Assembly: GCA_040383055.1 (NCBI GenBank)
Contig: JBEIEH010000001.1
Coordinates: forward strand, 1 to 40,603
DNA length: 40,603 nt
Direction: 5' to 3'
DNA from: Burkholderiaceae bacterium
GTDB lineage: Bacteria > Pseudomonadota > Gammaproteobacteria > Burkholderiales > Burkholderiaceae_C
Position numbers and translations under genes: made by a program. Below the pieces are notes generated by a model that made no database searches, had not been told where the DNA came from, and saw only the letters and a program-made list of their open reading frames with translations. Of this stretch, positions 1-10,552 are shown piece after piece. Within the stretch, counting starts at the first letter, position 1. Each line of letters begins with the position of its first letter.

Positions 1-2954
1 GGCGCGGTGCCCACCGTGGCCGGCGGCGCACTGGTCTGTTTGCGGCCCACCGCTTTGAACAGGTCCACCGCCCAGCGCTGGGCGCGCATGCCCACATCCA
101 CCATCAGGGTGCGGGCGACCTTGATGGTTTCGGGATTGGTGGCGTTGAGCATGAACATGGCCGCTGCGTTGCCTGGGCGGAAGCTCTTTTGACCCATCTT
201 GCGCAGCAGGTTGCGCATGTTCATGGTCACGTCGCCAAAGTCGATCTTGACCGGGCATGGCGTGTAGCACTTGTGGCAGACGGTGCAGTGGTCGGCCACG
301 TCTTCAAACTCTTGCCAGTGCTGCAGACTGACACCGCGGCGGGTTTGCTCTTCGTACAAAAAGGCCTCGATCAACAGCGAGGTGGCGAGGATTTTGTTGC
401 GTGGGCTGTAGAGCAAATTGGCGCGCGGCACATGGGTGGCGCACACCGGCTTGCACTTGCCGCAGCGCAGGCAATCCTTGACGCTGTCGGCGATGGCGCC
501 GATGTCGCTCTGCTGCATGATGAGCGACTCATGCCCCATCAGGCCAAAGCTCGGGGTGTAGGCCTCGGCAAGGTCGGCATTGCGCACCGTCTCGTCAAGC
601 GCGCGCAGGGCGGCGAGCGCCTCGCCGCGCATCAGCTTGCCTTTGTTGAAGCGGCCCTCGGGGTCGACCTTGGCCTTGTAGTCGGCGAACGGTCGCAGCT
701 CGTCGTCGGTCAGGAATTCGAGCTTGGTGATGCCAATGCCGTGTTCGCCCGAAATCACGCCGTCCAAGCTGCGCGCCAGCACCATGATGCGGGCCACCGC
801 CTCGTGGGCGGTCTGCAGCATCTCATAGTCGTCGCTGTTGACGGGGATGTTGGTGTGCACATTGCCGTCGCCGGCGTGCATGTGCAGCGCCACCCAGACC
901 CGGCCTTTGAGCACCCGCTTGTGGATGGTGTTGCACTCGGCCAAGATGGGGCCAAAGGCCGCGCCGTTGAAGATTTGCTGCAGCGGCTGGCGGATCTGGG
1001 TTTTCCAGCTCGCGCGCAGCGTGTGGTCTTGCAGCTGCGGGAACAACGTTTCGACGTCGCGCAGCCAGCCGCCCCACAGGGCGCGTACATCGCGCACCAA
1101 GGCCAGCGCCTGCTGCACCCGGTCTTCCAGCAGCTCGGCGCTGGGAATGTCGTTGGCGTCGTCGGTTTTGCCCAGCGGCAAATGGCCCCGTTTGAAGAAA
1201 GCCTCCAGCGCATCACACAACTTGAGTTTGTTGCGCAGCGACAGCTCGATGTTGATGCGCTCAATGCCCAGCGTGTATTCGCCCATGCGCGGCAGCGGGA
1301 TCACCACGTCTTCGTTGACCTTGAAGGCGTTGGTGTGGCGCGAGATGGCCGCCGTCTTTTTGCGGTCGAGCCAGAATTTCTTGCGCGCCTCGGCGCTGAT
1401 GGCCACAAACCCTTCACCGGCGCGGCCGTTGGCCAGGCGAATCACTTCGCTGGTGGCCCGCGCGACCGCGTCTTCGTTGTCACCAACGATGTCGCCAATC
1501 AACACCATCTTGGGCAAACCGCCGTTGCCTTTTTTGCTCTTGGTGGCGTAGCCTACCGCCTTGAGGTAGCGGTCGTCCAAGTGTTCGAGGCCAGCGAGCA
1601 AGGTGCCCGAGCGGTTTTGCTCGGCGAACATAAAGTCCTTGATCTCGACGATCGAAGGCACCGCGTCTTTCGGGTTGCCAAAGAACTCCAAGCACACGGT
1701 GCGGGTGTGGGCCGGCATGCGGTGCACCACCCAGCGCGCGCTGGTGATCAGGCCGTCGCAGCCCTCTTTTTGGATGCCGGGCAGGCCGCTCAAAAACTTG
1801 TCGGTCACGTCCTTGCCCAGGCCTTCCTTGCGGAAGGTGGCACCGGGAATGGTCAGCGTCTCGATACGCAGCTGGGTTTTACCGTCAGCCGCGAGGTAGC
1901 GCAGCTCAAAGGTCGCCACCGGCGCGTCATGGATCTTGCCCAGGTTGTGGTCCAGACGGGTCACCTCCAGCCATTCGGCCTGCGGCGTCACCATGCGCCA
2001 GCTCAGCAGGTTGTCCAGCGCCGTGCCCCAGAGCACCGCCTTCTTGCCGCCAGCGTTCATCGCGATGTTGCCGCCGACACACGAGGCCTCGGCCGAGGTC
2101 GGGTCCACCGCAAACACATAGCCCGCGCGCTCGGCCGCGTCGGCCACGCGCTGGGTCACCACACCGGCCTCGGTCCAGATGGTCGGCAGCTTCTGCGCAT
2201 GGCCCGGCGCCTGCACATGCTCGACCTCCGTCATGGCTTCGAGCTTTTCGGTGTTGATGACCACGCTCTTCCAGGTCAGCGGAATGGCGCCGCCGGTGTA
2301 GCCGGTGCCGCCGCCGCGCGGGATGATGGTCAAGCCCAGCTCCACACAGCCTTTGACCAAATGCGCCATCTCGGCCTCGGTGTCGGGCGTGAGCACCACA
2401 AAGGGGTATTCCACCCGCCAGTCGGTGGCGTCGGTGACATGGCTCACACGCGACAGGCCATCGAACTTGATGTTGTCTTTGGCGGTCAGGCGCCCGAGCA
2501 CGCGCTGGGTTTTGGCGCGCAAGGCGGCCATCTCGTCGAACGAGCGGGCAAAGCGCTGCACCGCACCTTGCGCCTGCGCCAGCAACTGGCCCACCAGCGC
2601 GTCGCGCGCGGCGTCGTCTTGGGGAGTGCGGCGCTTTTCCACCTCGCCCAGGCGGTGGTGCAGAGCGTCGACCAGCGCTTTGCGGCGCTTGGGGCTGCCC
2701 AGCAAATCGTCTTGCAAATAGGGGTTGCGCTGCACCACCCAGATGTCGCCCAGCACCTCGTAGAGCATGCGGGCCGAGCGGCCGGTGCGGCGCTCACCGC
2801 GCAGCTCATCGAGCAGCGTCCACGCCTCGGAGCCCAAGAGGCGCGACACAATTTCCCGGTCCGAAAACGAGGTGTAGTTGTAGGGAATTTCGCGCAGACG
2901 CGGGGCGTCATCGTGCTCAGCCAAGAGCAGAGGCAAGGGCGTGGGGGCGTTCAT
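1..2954 (-). CDS. Large FAD-binding / Fe-S oxidoreductase (DUF3683-type GlcD/GlpC-like fusion), 3' end outside window
   Basis: Not in the ORF track because it runs off the edge. ATG at 2954 gives [36 protein letters not shown]; FAD-binding GGGTGYTGG; [13 protein letters not shown] oxidase motif; ferredoxin motifs [11 protein letters not shown] and [12 protein letters not shown]. Confidence 0.9.
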   Translation of the reverse strand, partial: MNAPTPLPLLLAEHDDAPRLREIPYNYTSFSDREIVSRLLGSEAWTLLDELRGERRTGRSARMLYEVLGDIWVVQRNPYLQDDLLGSPKRRKALVDALHHRLGEVEKRRTPQDDAARDALVGQLLAQAQGAVQRFARSFDEMAALRAKTQRVLGRLTAKDNIKFDGLSRVSHVTDATDWRVEYPFVVLTPDTEAEMAHLVKGCVELGLTIIPRGGGTGYTGGAIPLTWKSVVINTEKLEAMTEVEHVQAPGHAQKLPTIWTEAGVVTQRVADAAERAGYVFAVDPTSAEASCVGGNIAMNAGGKKAVLWGTALDNLLSWRMVTPQAEWLEVTRLDHNLGKIHDAPVATFELRYLAADGKTQLRIETLTIPGATFRKEGLGKDVTDKFLSGLPGIQKEGCDGLITSARWVVHRMPAHTRTVCLEFFGNPKDAVPSIVEIKDFMFAEQNRSGTLLAGLEHLDDRYLKAVGYATKSKKGNGGLPKMVLIGDIVGDNEDAVARATSEVIRLANGRAGEGFVAISAEARKKFWLDRKKTAAISRHTNAFKVNEDVVIPLPRMGEYTLGIERINIELSLRNKLKLCDALEAFFKRGHLPLGKTDDANDIPSAELLEDRVQQALALVRDVRALWGGWLRDVETLFPQLQDHTLRASWKTQIRQPLQQIFNGAAFGPILAECNTIHKRVLKGRVWVALHMHAGDGNVHTNIPVNSDDYEMLQTAHEAVARIMVLARSLDGVISGEHGIGITKLEFLTDDELRPFADYKAKVDPEGRFNKGKLMRGEALAALRALDETVRNADLAEAYTPSFGLMGHESLIMQQSDIGAIADSVKDCLRCGKCKPVCATHVPRANLLYSPRNKILATSLLIEAFLYEEQTRRGVSLQHWQEFEDVADHCTVCHKCYTPCPVKIDFGDVTMNMRNLLRKMGQKSFRPGNAAAMFMLNATNPETIKVARTLMVDVGMRAQRWAVDLFKAVGRKQTSAPPATVGTA

Positions 2955-3038
2955 GAAATCCTGAGGGAAAACCCGCGAAAACCGGGTCTGAGATGGTACC
3001 TCAGCGACAGAAAGCCCACTTGGGCCGTGGAAACCCCC

Positions 3039-3094
3039 TTGTCATGGAATTGAAAGCCTTTTGCAATGGCTTTTTCACGGGCGCGACATACGCT
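3039..3094 (+). promoter_or_regulatory. PHO-box array and -10 element of the ugp operon (PhoB-type promoter)
   Basis: Four heptamers at exact 11-bp spacing: TTGTCAT 3039, TTGAAAG 3050, TTGCAAT 3061, TTTTCAC 3072 (consensus CTGTCAT). TACGCT -10 at 3089, 10 bp after the last half-site. ugp is a known Pho-regulon operon. Confidence 0.7.
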
Positions 3095-3130
3095 GAGCGC
3101 TGTTTTCACCACACCAGAGGAGTTTTCCCC

Positions 3131-4453
3131 ATGTCACATTCCTTGCGTCGACTCTTGGGCGCCTTGGCCTTGGGCCTGAGCGCCACCGCCCCCGCCATGG
3201 CCCAAACCGAAATCCAGTGGTGGCACTCGATGGGCGGTGCGCTGGGTGAATGGGTCAACGACCTGGCCAAAGATTTCAACGCCAGCCAGAAGGAATACAA
3301 GATTGTCCCGACCTTCAAAGGCAGCTACGACGAGTCCATGACCGCCGCCATTGCCGCCTTCCGCGCCGGCAACGCGCCCCACATCTTGCAGGTGTTTGAG
3401 GTGGGCACCGCCACCATGATGGCCAGCCGCAACGCCATCGTGCCAGTGGGCGAGGTCATGAAAAAAGCCGGCGTCACCTTTGATGCCAACGCCTATGTAC
3501 CCGCTGTGGCGGGCTACTACACCGCGCCCAACGGGCAGATGCTGAGCTTCCCCTTCAACAGCTCGACCACGGTGTTCCACTACAACAAAGACGCCTTCAA
3601 AGCCGCCGGACTGGACCCGGAAAAAGCGCCCAAGACCTGGCCAGAGGTGGCACTGGCAGCCGCCAAGCTCAAAACCGCTGGCCACAAATGCCCGTTCACC
3701 ACCAGCTGGGTGAGCTGGACCCAGCTGGAGAGCTTCTCGGCTTGGCACAACACCGAATTCGCCACCAAGGGCAATGGCATGCGTGGCATCGACGCCCGTT
3801 TGAACTTCAACACACCGCTGCATGTGCGCCACATTGAAAACTTGGGCAACATGGCCAAACAAGGCCTCTTTGTCTACAAAGGTCGAGGCAACGCCGCCGA
3901 TGCGGTGTTTGTATCGGGCGAGTGCGCCATGATGACCGGCAGCTCAGCGCTGTACGGCAACATCAAGCGCAACGGCAAGTTTGCGTCTGGCATTTCCACC
4001 TTGCCCTTCTACCCCGATGTGCCAGGCTCGCCGCAGAACACGGTGATCGGCGGCGCCAGCCTGTGGGTCATGTCCGGCAAAAAGGACGCTGAGTACAAGG
4101 GCGTGGCGCAGTTCTTTGCACACCTCTCGAAAGCCGAAGAGGCGGCCAAGAGCCACCAGCGCACCGGCTACCTGCCGCTGACCAAAGCCTCGTACGAGAT
4201 GACCGAAAAGTCGGGCTTCTACAAACAAAACCCGGGCACCGATGTGTCGGTCGAGCAGATGATCCGCAAGACCACCGACAAGTCGCGCGGCATTCGCCTG
4301 GGCAACTTTGTGCGGATCCGCACCATCAACGATGAAGAGCTCGAACAGGTCTGGGCCGGCAAGAAGACCGCCAAAGAGGCACTGGACGCAGCTGTCAAGC
4401 GCGGCAACGAACAGCTGGAACGCTTTCAAAAGGCCAACCAGGGCCGCATGTAA
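3131..4453 (+). CDS. ugpB: sn-glycerol-3-phosphate ABC transporter substrate-binding protein
   Basis: GGAG then ATG 3131; signal peptide (..APAMA-QTEIQWWHSM); APHILQVFEVGTATMM, PFNSST, IGGASLW motifs; operon context. Confidence 0.95.
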   Translation: MSHSLRRLLGALALGLSATAPAMAQTEIQWWHSMGGALGEWVNDLAKDFNASQKEYKIVPTFKGSYDESMTAAIAAFRAGNAPHILQVFEVGTATMMASRNAIVPVGEVMKKAGVTFDANAYVPAVAGYYTAPNGQMLSFPFNSSTTVFHYNKDAFKAAGLDPEKAPKTWPEVALAAAKLKTAGHKCPFTTSWVSWTQLESFSAWHNTEFATKGNGMRGIDARLNFNTPLHVRHIENLGNMAKQGLFVYKGRGNAADAVFVSGECAMMTGSSALYGNIKRNGKFASGISTLPFYPDVPGSPQNTVIGGASLWVMSGKKDAEYKGVAQFFAHLSKAEEAAKSHQRTGYLPLTKASYEMTEKSGFYKQNPGTDVSVEQMIRKTTDKSRGIRLGNFVRIRTINDEELEQVWAGKKTAKEALDAAVKRGNEQLERFQKANQGRM

Positions 4454-4544
4454 GCCACCGCTGAGCCACCGCCTGGGTGGCTTGGCTCCCACCGGTGCCG
4501 GTCGCCCGCCGCTGCGCGGGTGACCGCTTTGTTGTTGTGTCCCC

Positions 4545-5426
4545 ATGGAAAAACGAGTCCGCTTCCGATCGGCCTGGCTGCCTTGGGCGCTGGTCGCACC
4601 ACAGCTGGCGATTGTGCTGGTGTTCTTTTTTTGGCCGGCGGGCCAGGCGCTGTACCAAAGCGTGCTGGAGCAAGACGCTTTTGGCACCTCGACCGAGTTT
4701 GTGGGCCTGCAGAACTTCGAGCGCCTGTGGGCCGATGAGACCTACCTCGAATCCTTCCAAATCACCGCGGTGTTCTCCGTCCTGGTGGCGGTGTGTGGCC
4801 TGTCGATCGCCTTGTTGCTCGCGGTGATGGCCGACCGGGTGATCAAGGGCGCTGGTGTCTACAAAACCCTGCTGATCTGGCCCTACGCGGTGGCGCCTGC
4901 GGTGGCGGGCGTGTTGTGGCTGTTCATGTTCGCCTCGCCCATGGGGGTGGTGGCCTATCTGCTGCAGGCCTTGGGCCTGGAGTGGAACCACATGCTCAAG
5001 AGCGAACACGCCATGGCACTGATCGTCATGGCCGCCGTGTGGAAGCAGATTTCCTACAACTTTCTGTTCTTCCTCGCGGGCCTGCAGTCGATCCCGAAAT
5101 CGCTGATCGAGGCCGCCGCCATCGACGGCGCTTCGCCCGCGCGGCGCTTCTGGACGATTGTGTTTCCGCTGCTCTCGCCGACCACATTCTTCCTGCTGGT
5201 GATCAACGTGGTCTACGCCTTCTTTGACACCTTTGCCATCGTCGACGCGGCCACCCAGGGCGGTCCTGGCAAGTCCACCTCCATCCTGGTCTACAAGGTG
5301 TACTACGACGGCTTCAAGGCACTGGACATGGGCGGCTCGGCGGCGCAATCGGTGGTGCTGATGGCCATCGTCATCGCATTGACGGTCGTTCAGTTCCGTT
5401 ATGTCGAACGCAAAGTCCAGTATTGA
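4545..5426 (+). CDS. ugpA: G3P ABC transporter permease
   Basis: Multi-TM; [27 protein letters not shown] loop, C-terminal ERKVQY. Confidence 0.95.
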   Translation: MEKRVRFRSAWLPWALVAPQLAIVLVFFFWPAGQALYQSVLEQDAFGTSTEFVGLQNFERLWADETYLESFQITAVFSVLVAVCGLSIALLLAVMADRVIKGAGVYKTLLIWPYAVAPAVAGVLWLFMFASPMGVVAYLLQALGLEWNHMLKSEHAMALIVMAAVWKQISYNFLFFLAGLQSIPKSLIEAAAIDGASPARRFWTIVFPLLSPTTFFLLVINVVYAFFDTFAIVDAATQGGPGKSTSILVYKVYYDGFKALDMGGSAAQSVVLMAIVIALTVVQFRYVERKVQY

Positions 5427-5428
5427 TC

Positions 5429-6283
5429 ATGATTGAACGACGACCCATTCTTGACTTTGTTGCCCACGCCACGCTGATTCTGGGCGTGGCGGTGGTGGCG
5501 TTTCCGGTCTATTTGACGCTGGTGGCCTCGACCCAGTCGGCGCAGGAAATTGCACAAAGCCGGCCGCTGTCGCTGCTGCCGGGCTCGCACTTTTTGGAAA
5601 GTTACCGCCTCGCCCTCTTCGGCGGGGAGACCAGCATGGGCAGCAAGCTGCCAGCGGGCGGGCCGATGATGCTGGTGAGCCTGATCAGCGCGCTCATCAT
5701 CGCCATCGGCAAGATCGCGATTTCGCTGCTGTCGGCCTTTGCCATCGTGTATTTCCGCTTTCCGCTGCGCAACCTGGTGTTCTGGATGATTTTTGTCACC
5801 CTGATGCTGCCGGTGGAGGTGCGCATCGGCCCCACCTACGAAGTGGTGGCCAACCTGGGCATGCTCAACAGCTACGCGGGCCTGACGGTGCCGCTGATCG
5901 CCTCGGCCACCGCCACGTTTTTGTTCAGGCAATTCTTCCTCACCGTGCCCGACGAGCTGGTCGAGGCCGCGCGGGTCGACGGCGCCGGGCCGATGCGCTT
6001 TTTCTTCGACGTGCTGCTCCCGATGTCGGCCACCTCGATTGCGGCGCTGTTTGTCATTCAGTTCATCTACGGCTGGAACCAGTACCTCTGGCCGCTGCTG
6101 GTGACCACCGATGAGAACATGTACCCCATCGTGCTGGGCATCAAGCGCTTGATCGCGGGTGAGGCCTACACCGAATGGAACGTGGTCATGGCCACCGCCA
6201 TGCTGGCGATGATTCCGCCGGCGCTGGTCGTCATCCTCATGCAAAAGTGGTTCGTCAAGGGCCTGGTCGACACCGAGAAATAA
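5429..6283 (+). CDS. ugpE: G3P ABC transporter permease
   Basis: MIERRP start; [43 protein letters not shown]. Confidence 0.95.
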   Translation: MIERRPILDFVAHATLILGVAVVAFPVYLTLVASTQSAQEIAQSRPLSLLPGSHFLESYRLALFGGETSMGSKLPAGGPMMLVSLISALIIAIGKIAISLLSAFAIVYFRFPLRNLVFWMIFVTLMLPVEVRIGPTYEVVANLGMLNSYAGLTVPLIASATATFLFRQFFLTVPDELVEAARVDGAGPMRFFFDVLLPMSATSIAALFVIQFIYGWNQYLWPLLVTTDENMYPIVLGIKRLIAGEAYTEWNVVMATAMLAMIPPALVVILMQKWFVKGLVDTEK

Positions 6284-6292
6284 GCACACACC

Positions 6293-7306
6293 ATGGCAAG
6301 TCTGAGCCTTCACAACGTCATCAAGCAATACCACCAAGGCAAGCAGTCGCTGCAGGTGATCCACGGCGTCAGCGCCAGCGTCCACGACGGCGAATTTGTG
6401 GTCATCGTCGGGCCATCGGGCTGCGGCAAATCGACCCTGCTGCGCATGGTCGCGGGACTGGAAGAGATCACCCGCGGCGAGATCCGCATTGGCGAGCGGG
6501 TGGTCAACACCCTGGAGCCGGCCGAGCGCGACATCGCCATGGTGTTCCAGAACTACGCGCTCTACCCCCACATGAGCGTGTTCGAGAACATGGCCTATGG
6601 CCTGAAGATCCAGAAACTGCCCAAAGACGAGATCCGCGCGCGGGTGGACAAAGCCGCTGGCATCCTGGAGCTGTCCCACCTGCTCGACCGCAAACCGCGC
6701 CAGCTCTCGGGCGGGCAGCGCCAGCGGGTGGCCATGGGCCGAGCCATCGTGCGCCAGCCCCAGGTGTTTTTGTTCGACGAGCCGTTGTCCAACTTGGATG
6801 CCAAGCTGCGCGCTCAGACCCGGCTCGAAATCCAGAAGCTGCACCGCGAGCTCGGCATCACCAGCCTGTTTGTGACGCACGACCAAGTAGAGGCCATGAC
6901 GCTGGCCCAGCGCATGATCGTAATGAACGGCGGGCGCATGGAGCAGTTCGACACGCCCGAGGCCGTTTACAACCGGCCGGCCAGCACCTTTGTGGCCAGC
7001 TTCATTGGCTCGCCACCGATGAACCTGCTTCGCCACGCGCCCGGTGGCGCGGCCGGGCAGATCGTCGGTATTCGCCCCGAACACATGGACCTGACGCCGG
7101 GCCAGGGCTGGGCGCTGGTGGCCGAGACGGTGGAGCTGCTGGGCGCCGAGCGCTTGGTGCATGCGCGCCTAGGCGAAGAATCACTGACCTTGCGGCTCGA
7201 CGAATCGGTGAGCGCACCGCGCCCAGGCGAACACTTCCATGCCACCCCGCGCGCCGACCGGCTGCACCATTTCGACGCCGCCACCGGCCTGCGCATCACA
7301 GGCTGA
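6293..7306 (+). CDS. ugpC: G3P ABC transporter ATP-binding protein
   Basis: Walker [39 protein letters not shown]. Confidence 0.95.
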   Translation: MASLSLHNVIKQYHQGKQSLQVIHGVSASVHDGEFVVIVGPSGCGKSTLLRMVAGLEEITRGEIRIGERVVNTLEPAERDIAMVFQNYALYPHMSVFENMAYGLKIQKLPKDEIRARVDKAAGILELSHLLDRKPRQLSGGQRQRVAMGRAIVRQPQVFLFDEPLSNLDAKLRAQTRLEIQKLHRELGITSLFVTHDQVEAMTLAQRMIVMNGGRMEQFDTPEAVYNRPASTFVASFIGSPPMNLLRHAPGGAAGQIVGIRPEHMDLTPGQGWALVAETVELLGAERLVHARLGEESLTLRLDESVSAPRPGEHFHATPRADRLHHFDAATGLRITG

Positions 7307-7335
7307 TGCGCCACAGCACAAGGCATGATCCCGCC

Positions 7336-8079
7336 ATGACACCTTGGCCCTACCCTTTTTGGATCGCCCACCGGGGCGCCGGCAAACTCGCACCCGAAAA
7401 CACCTTGGCCGCTTTTCGCCTGGGCGCGCAGCACGGCTACCGCATGTTCGAATGCGACGCCAAGCTCAGCGCCGACGGCGCGGTGTTTCTGCTGCACGAC
7501 GCCACGCTGGAGCGCACCACCAACGGCCACGGGGTGGCGGGTGAACTGCCCTGGCACACGCTGTCGCAGCTCGACGCCGGTGGTTGGCATTCGCGCGCCT
7601 ACGCGGGTGAACCACCCTGCAGCTTGGCGGCGCTGGCGGCCTTTTGCCTGGGCAACGGCCACCACCTGAACATCGAAATCAAGCCCACCCCCGGCACAGA
7701 ACGCCACACCGGCGAGGTGGTGGCGCGCGAGGCCGCGCGGCTGTGGGCCGAGCCTGCGGTCAAGCCCCTGCTCAGTTCCTTTCAGCCCGATGCCTTGGCC
7801 GGCGCACAAGCCAGCGCCCCAGCGCTGCCGCGCGGCCTGCTGCTGGAAACCTGGTGGGATGGTTGGCTGGACACCGCGCACGCGCTCGGGTGCGCGGCCG
7901 TGATCGCCCACTACCCCATGTGGGACGCCGAACGGGTGGCCGAGGTCCACAACAGCGGCATGCGGGCGCTGAGCTACACCGTCAACGACGAGTGGCCCGC
8001 CGCCCACCTGCAAGCCTTGGGCACCGACGGCATCATCACCGACCGGGTCGACTTGTTTGCGCCCCATGAACCGCGCTGA
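7336..8079 (+). CDS. ugpQ: Glycerophosphodiester phosphodiesterase
   Basis: WPYPFWIAHRGAGKLAPENT, ECDAKLSADG, LHDATLERT, NIEIK, YTVN, IITD. Alternative start at 7306 overlaps the ugpC stop. Confidence 0.93.
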   Translation: MTPWPYPFWIAHRGAGKLAPENTLAAFRLGAQHGYRMFECDAKLSADGAVFLLHDATLERTTNGHGVAGELPWHTLSQLDAGGWHSRAYAGEPPCSLAALAAFCLGNGHHLNIEIKPTPGTERHTGEVVAREAARLWAEPAVKPLLSSFQPDALAGAQASAPALPRGLLLETWWDGWLDTAHALGCAAVIAHYPMWDAERVAEVHNSGMRALSYTVNDEWPAAHLQALGTDGIITDRVDLFAPHEPR

Positions 8080-8893
8080 CACAGCGGCTCCACAGCCGCT
8101 GGCCGATTGGCCAGCGGCTGTGCGCGCCGGCATCCGGGGCGTCATCACCGACATCGACGACACCCTGACCACCAACGGCGCCTTGTTGCCCGAGACCCGG
8201 GCCGCTTTGCAGGCGCTGGCAGACGCCGGACTGCCGGTGCTGGCCGTCACCGGCCGACCGGTGGGCTGGAGCTTGCCCTGCGTCAGCGGCCCCGACGCTT
8301 GGCCGCTGCTGGGGGTGGTGGCCGAAAACGGCGCCGTGGCGCTGCAGGCGGGTGCCGATGGTGAGGTGCGGCGCTGGTACCGCGACGACAGCAGCACCCG
8401 CGCCGCGCACTGGATGCGCCTGCAAGCCGCGCTGGGCGACGTGGAAGCGCGCCTGCCGCCCGCCCAGCGCGCCACCGACAGCGCCGGACGGGAAACCGAC
8501 ATCGCCATTGACCACAGCGAGCACCACCAGCTGTCCCCCGCGCAGATCGACGCGGTGGTCCGCGCCTTGCGCGGCCACGGACTGCGTGTCACGGTCAGCA
8601 GCATCCACATCAACGCCTGGTTGGGCGAACACAACAACTGGATCGGCGCGCAATGGGCGGTGCGCACCTGGCTGCAGCGCAATCTGGCGCAAGAACTGGG
8701 GCACTGGGTCTATGTGGGCGACTCCAGCAACGACGAGGTGATGTTTGAACACATGGTGCACAGCGTGGGCGTGGCCAATGTGGCGCGTTTTCTGCCCGGG
8801 CTGCGGCACACGCCGCGCTTCATTTGCCGCGCCGAGCGGGGCGCAGGCTTTGGCGAATTGGCGCACGCCCTGCTGGAAGCGCGCCTGCCATAA
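8066..8893 (+). CDS. HAD-IIB family phosphatase
   Basis: Motif I DIDDTLT, motif II VTGRP, AENGA, motif IV GDSSND; overlaps the end of ugpQ. Confidence 0.85.
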   Translation: MNRADTAAPQPLADWPAAVRAGIRGVITDIDDTLTTNGALLPETRAALQALADAGLPVLAVTGRPVGWSLPCVSGPDAWPLLGVVAENGAVALQAGADGEVRRWYRDDSSTRAAHWMRLQAALGDVEARLPPAQRATDSAGRETDIAIDHSEHHQLSPAQIDAVVRALRGHGLRVTVSSIHINAWLGEHNNWIGAQWAVRTWLQRNLAQELGHWVYVGDSSNDEVMFEHMVHSVGVANVARFLPGLRHTPRFICRAERGAGFGELAHALLEARLP

Positions 8894-8896
8894 ACC

Positions 8897-9157
8897 TCAG
8901 CGCCGCCACCACGCGCACAGCGTGCCCTGCAGGGCCACCATGGCCGCGTAGGTGGCGAGCTTGCCGTCTCGACCGAACCACACCAGGCCCGCCAGCAGCA
9001 CCAGCACACCCGCCAGACTCAGCCAAGCCCAAGGCCGCCAGGTGCGCGCACGCAGAGGCTTGGCCCGCCACCACAAGACCAGCGCCAACAGCGCCGCCAC
9101 CGACACGGCGGGCGCTACAAAATTCAAGCAGTGGTAGATCACATCCAGGGCGGACAT
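8897..9157 (-). CDS. Small (86 aa) integral membrane protein of unknown function
   Basis: ATG 9157 ([17 protein letters not shown]); three hydrophobic segments, GRDGKLATY motif; divergent from hemA. Confidence 0.75.
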   Translation of the reverse strand: MSALDVIYHCLNFVAPAVSVAALLALVLWWRAKPLRARTWRPWAWLSLAGVLVLLAGLVWFGRDGKLATYAAMVALQGTLCAWWRR

Positions 9158-9196
9158 CTCAGGGGCGCGTTGCGCCAGCGGCAAAGGGGCGGATTT

Positions 9197-9202
9197 TATA
9201 AT
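9197..9202 (+). promoter_or_regulatory. sigma70 -10 box for hemA, probably leaderless transcript
   Basis: Perfect TATAAT ending 7 nt before the hemA ATG at 9210. Confidence 0.55.
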
Positions 9203-9209
9203 CTGGGAC

Positions 9210-10481
9210 ATGACCGTCTGGACCCTGGGTATCAACCACCACACCGCACCGCTCGATTTGCGCGGCCGGTTCGCGTTTGCCTTGGACCAGCTCAGCCCCA
9301 CCTTGCAGACTTATCGGCAAAGCTTGCCGCGCCAGCCCGAGGCCACGCTGCTGTCGACCTGCAACCGCACCGAGCTGTATGGCGCGGGCGACCCCACCAT
9401 TGTGGAGCCTACGCTCGACTGGCTGGCCGCCACCGGCGGTGTCAGCACCCATGTGCTGCGCGACCACGCCTATGTGCTGCGCGACGACCAAGCGGCGCGC
9501 CACGCCTTTCGGGTCGCCAGCGGGCTCGACAGCATGGTGCTGGGCGAGGCCCAAATCCTAGGTCAACTCAAAAACGCAGTGCGCGCCGCCGACGAGGCCG
9601 GCGCACTGGGCACCACCTTGCACCAGCTGTTTCAGCGTTCGTTTTCGGTCGCCAAGCAGGTGCGCAGCTCCACCGAGATCGGCGCCCACTCCATCAGCAT
9701 GACGGCGGCCGCCGTGCGCCTGGCCGGTCAGCTCTTTGAAGACCTCAGTGAGATCCGGGTGCTGTTTGTCGGCGCTGGCGAAATGATCGAGTTGGCGGTC
9801 ACTCACTTCGCGGCCAAAACGCCCAAATCCATGGCGATTGCCAACCGCACCTTGGAGCGCGGCGAGCAACTGGCGGCGCGTTTTGGCGCCGAGGTGCTGC
9901 GCCTGTCGGACCTGCCAGAGCGCCTGCACGAGTTCGACGCGGTGGTCAGTTGCACCGCCAGCACCCTGCCCATCATTGGCTTGGGCGCCGTGGAACGTGC
10001 GCTTAAAAAACGCCGCCATCGCCCCATGTTCATGGTCGATCTGGCGGTGCCACGCGACATTGAACTGGAAGTCAAGGCGCTCGACGACGTGTACCTCTAC
10101 ACCGTGGACGACCTGGCCCAGGTGGTGCAAACCGGCAAAGACAACCGCCAAGCGGCGGTGGCGCAGGCCGAGGCCATCATCGACGCTGGGGTTCAGAGCT
10201 TTATGCACTGGATGGACCAGCGCAGCCCCGAGCAGGGTGTGGTGCCACTGATCCAGCAACTCACCAGCCAAGCCGAACAATGGCGCCAGGCCGAACTGGC
10301 CAAAGCGCAAAAACGCCTGGCCAAAGGCGAGCCGCCCGAGGCGGTGATGGAAGCGCTGGCGCGCGCCCTGACCCAAAAAATGCTGCATGGCCCCTTGGCC
10401 GAGCTGCACACCGGCGACGCCGAGCAACGCGCGTCGGCGGCGCAATGGGTCTCGCGCCTGCTCTTGCGCGACAAGTCCTAG
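9210..10481 (+). CDS. hemA: Glutamyl-tRNA reductase
   Basis: GINHHTAP, catalytic [36 protein letters not shown]; ends in TAG. Confidence 0.97.
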   Translation: MTVWTLGINHHTAPLDLRGRFAFALDQLSPTLQTYRQSLPRQPEATLLSTCNRTELYGAGDPTIVEPTLDWLAATGGVSTHVLRDHAYVLRDDQAARHAFRVASGLDSMVLGEAQILGQLKNAVRAADEAGALGTTLHQLFQRSFSVAKQVRSSTEIGAHSISMTAAAVRLAGQLFEDLSEIRVLFVGAGEMIELAVTHFAAKTPKSMAIANRTLERGEQLAARFGAEVLRLSDLPERLHEFDAVVSCTASTLPIIGLGAVERALKKRRHRPMFMVDLAVPRDIELEVKALDDVYLYTVDDLAQVVQTGKDNRQAAVAQAEAIIDAGVQSFMHWMDQRSPEQGVVPLIQQLTSQAEQWRQAELAKAQKRLAKGEPPEAVMEALARALTQKMLHGPLAELHTGDAEQRASAAQWVSRLLLRDKS

Positions 10482-10552
10482 CGCCGCCGCCTGCCCCCCA
10501 CTCACCGGCCCCTGCGCCCCGCCGGCGCCCACCGTTTTTTTCGCCTCGCCCC

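Noticed and set aside
189-3053. 954-aa plus-strand ORF
   Set aside because: Antisense shadow of the minus-strand oxidoreductase; no motifs. Long shadow ORFs are expected at this GC content.
4454-4544. Two GC-rich hairpins between ugpB and ugpA as a possible sRNA or REP
   Set aside because: Not repeated in the window; stem-loops after binding-protein genes are ordinary mRNA stabilisers.
6175-7305. 634-aa ORF suggesting a long N-terminal extension on UgpQ
   Set aside because: The extension is an off-frame reading of ugpE/ugpC; UgpQ similarity starts at about 7336.
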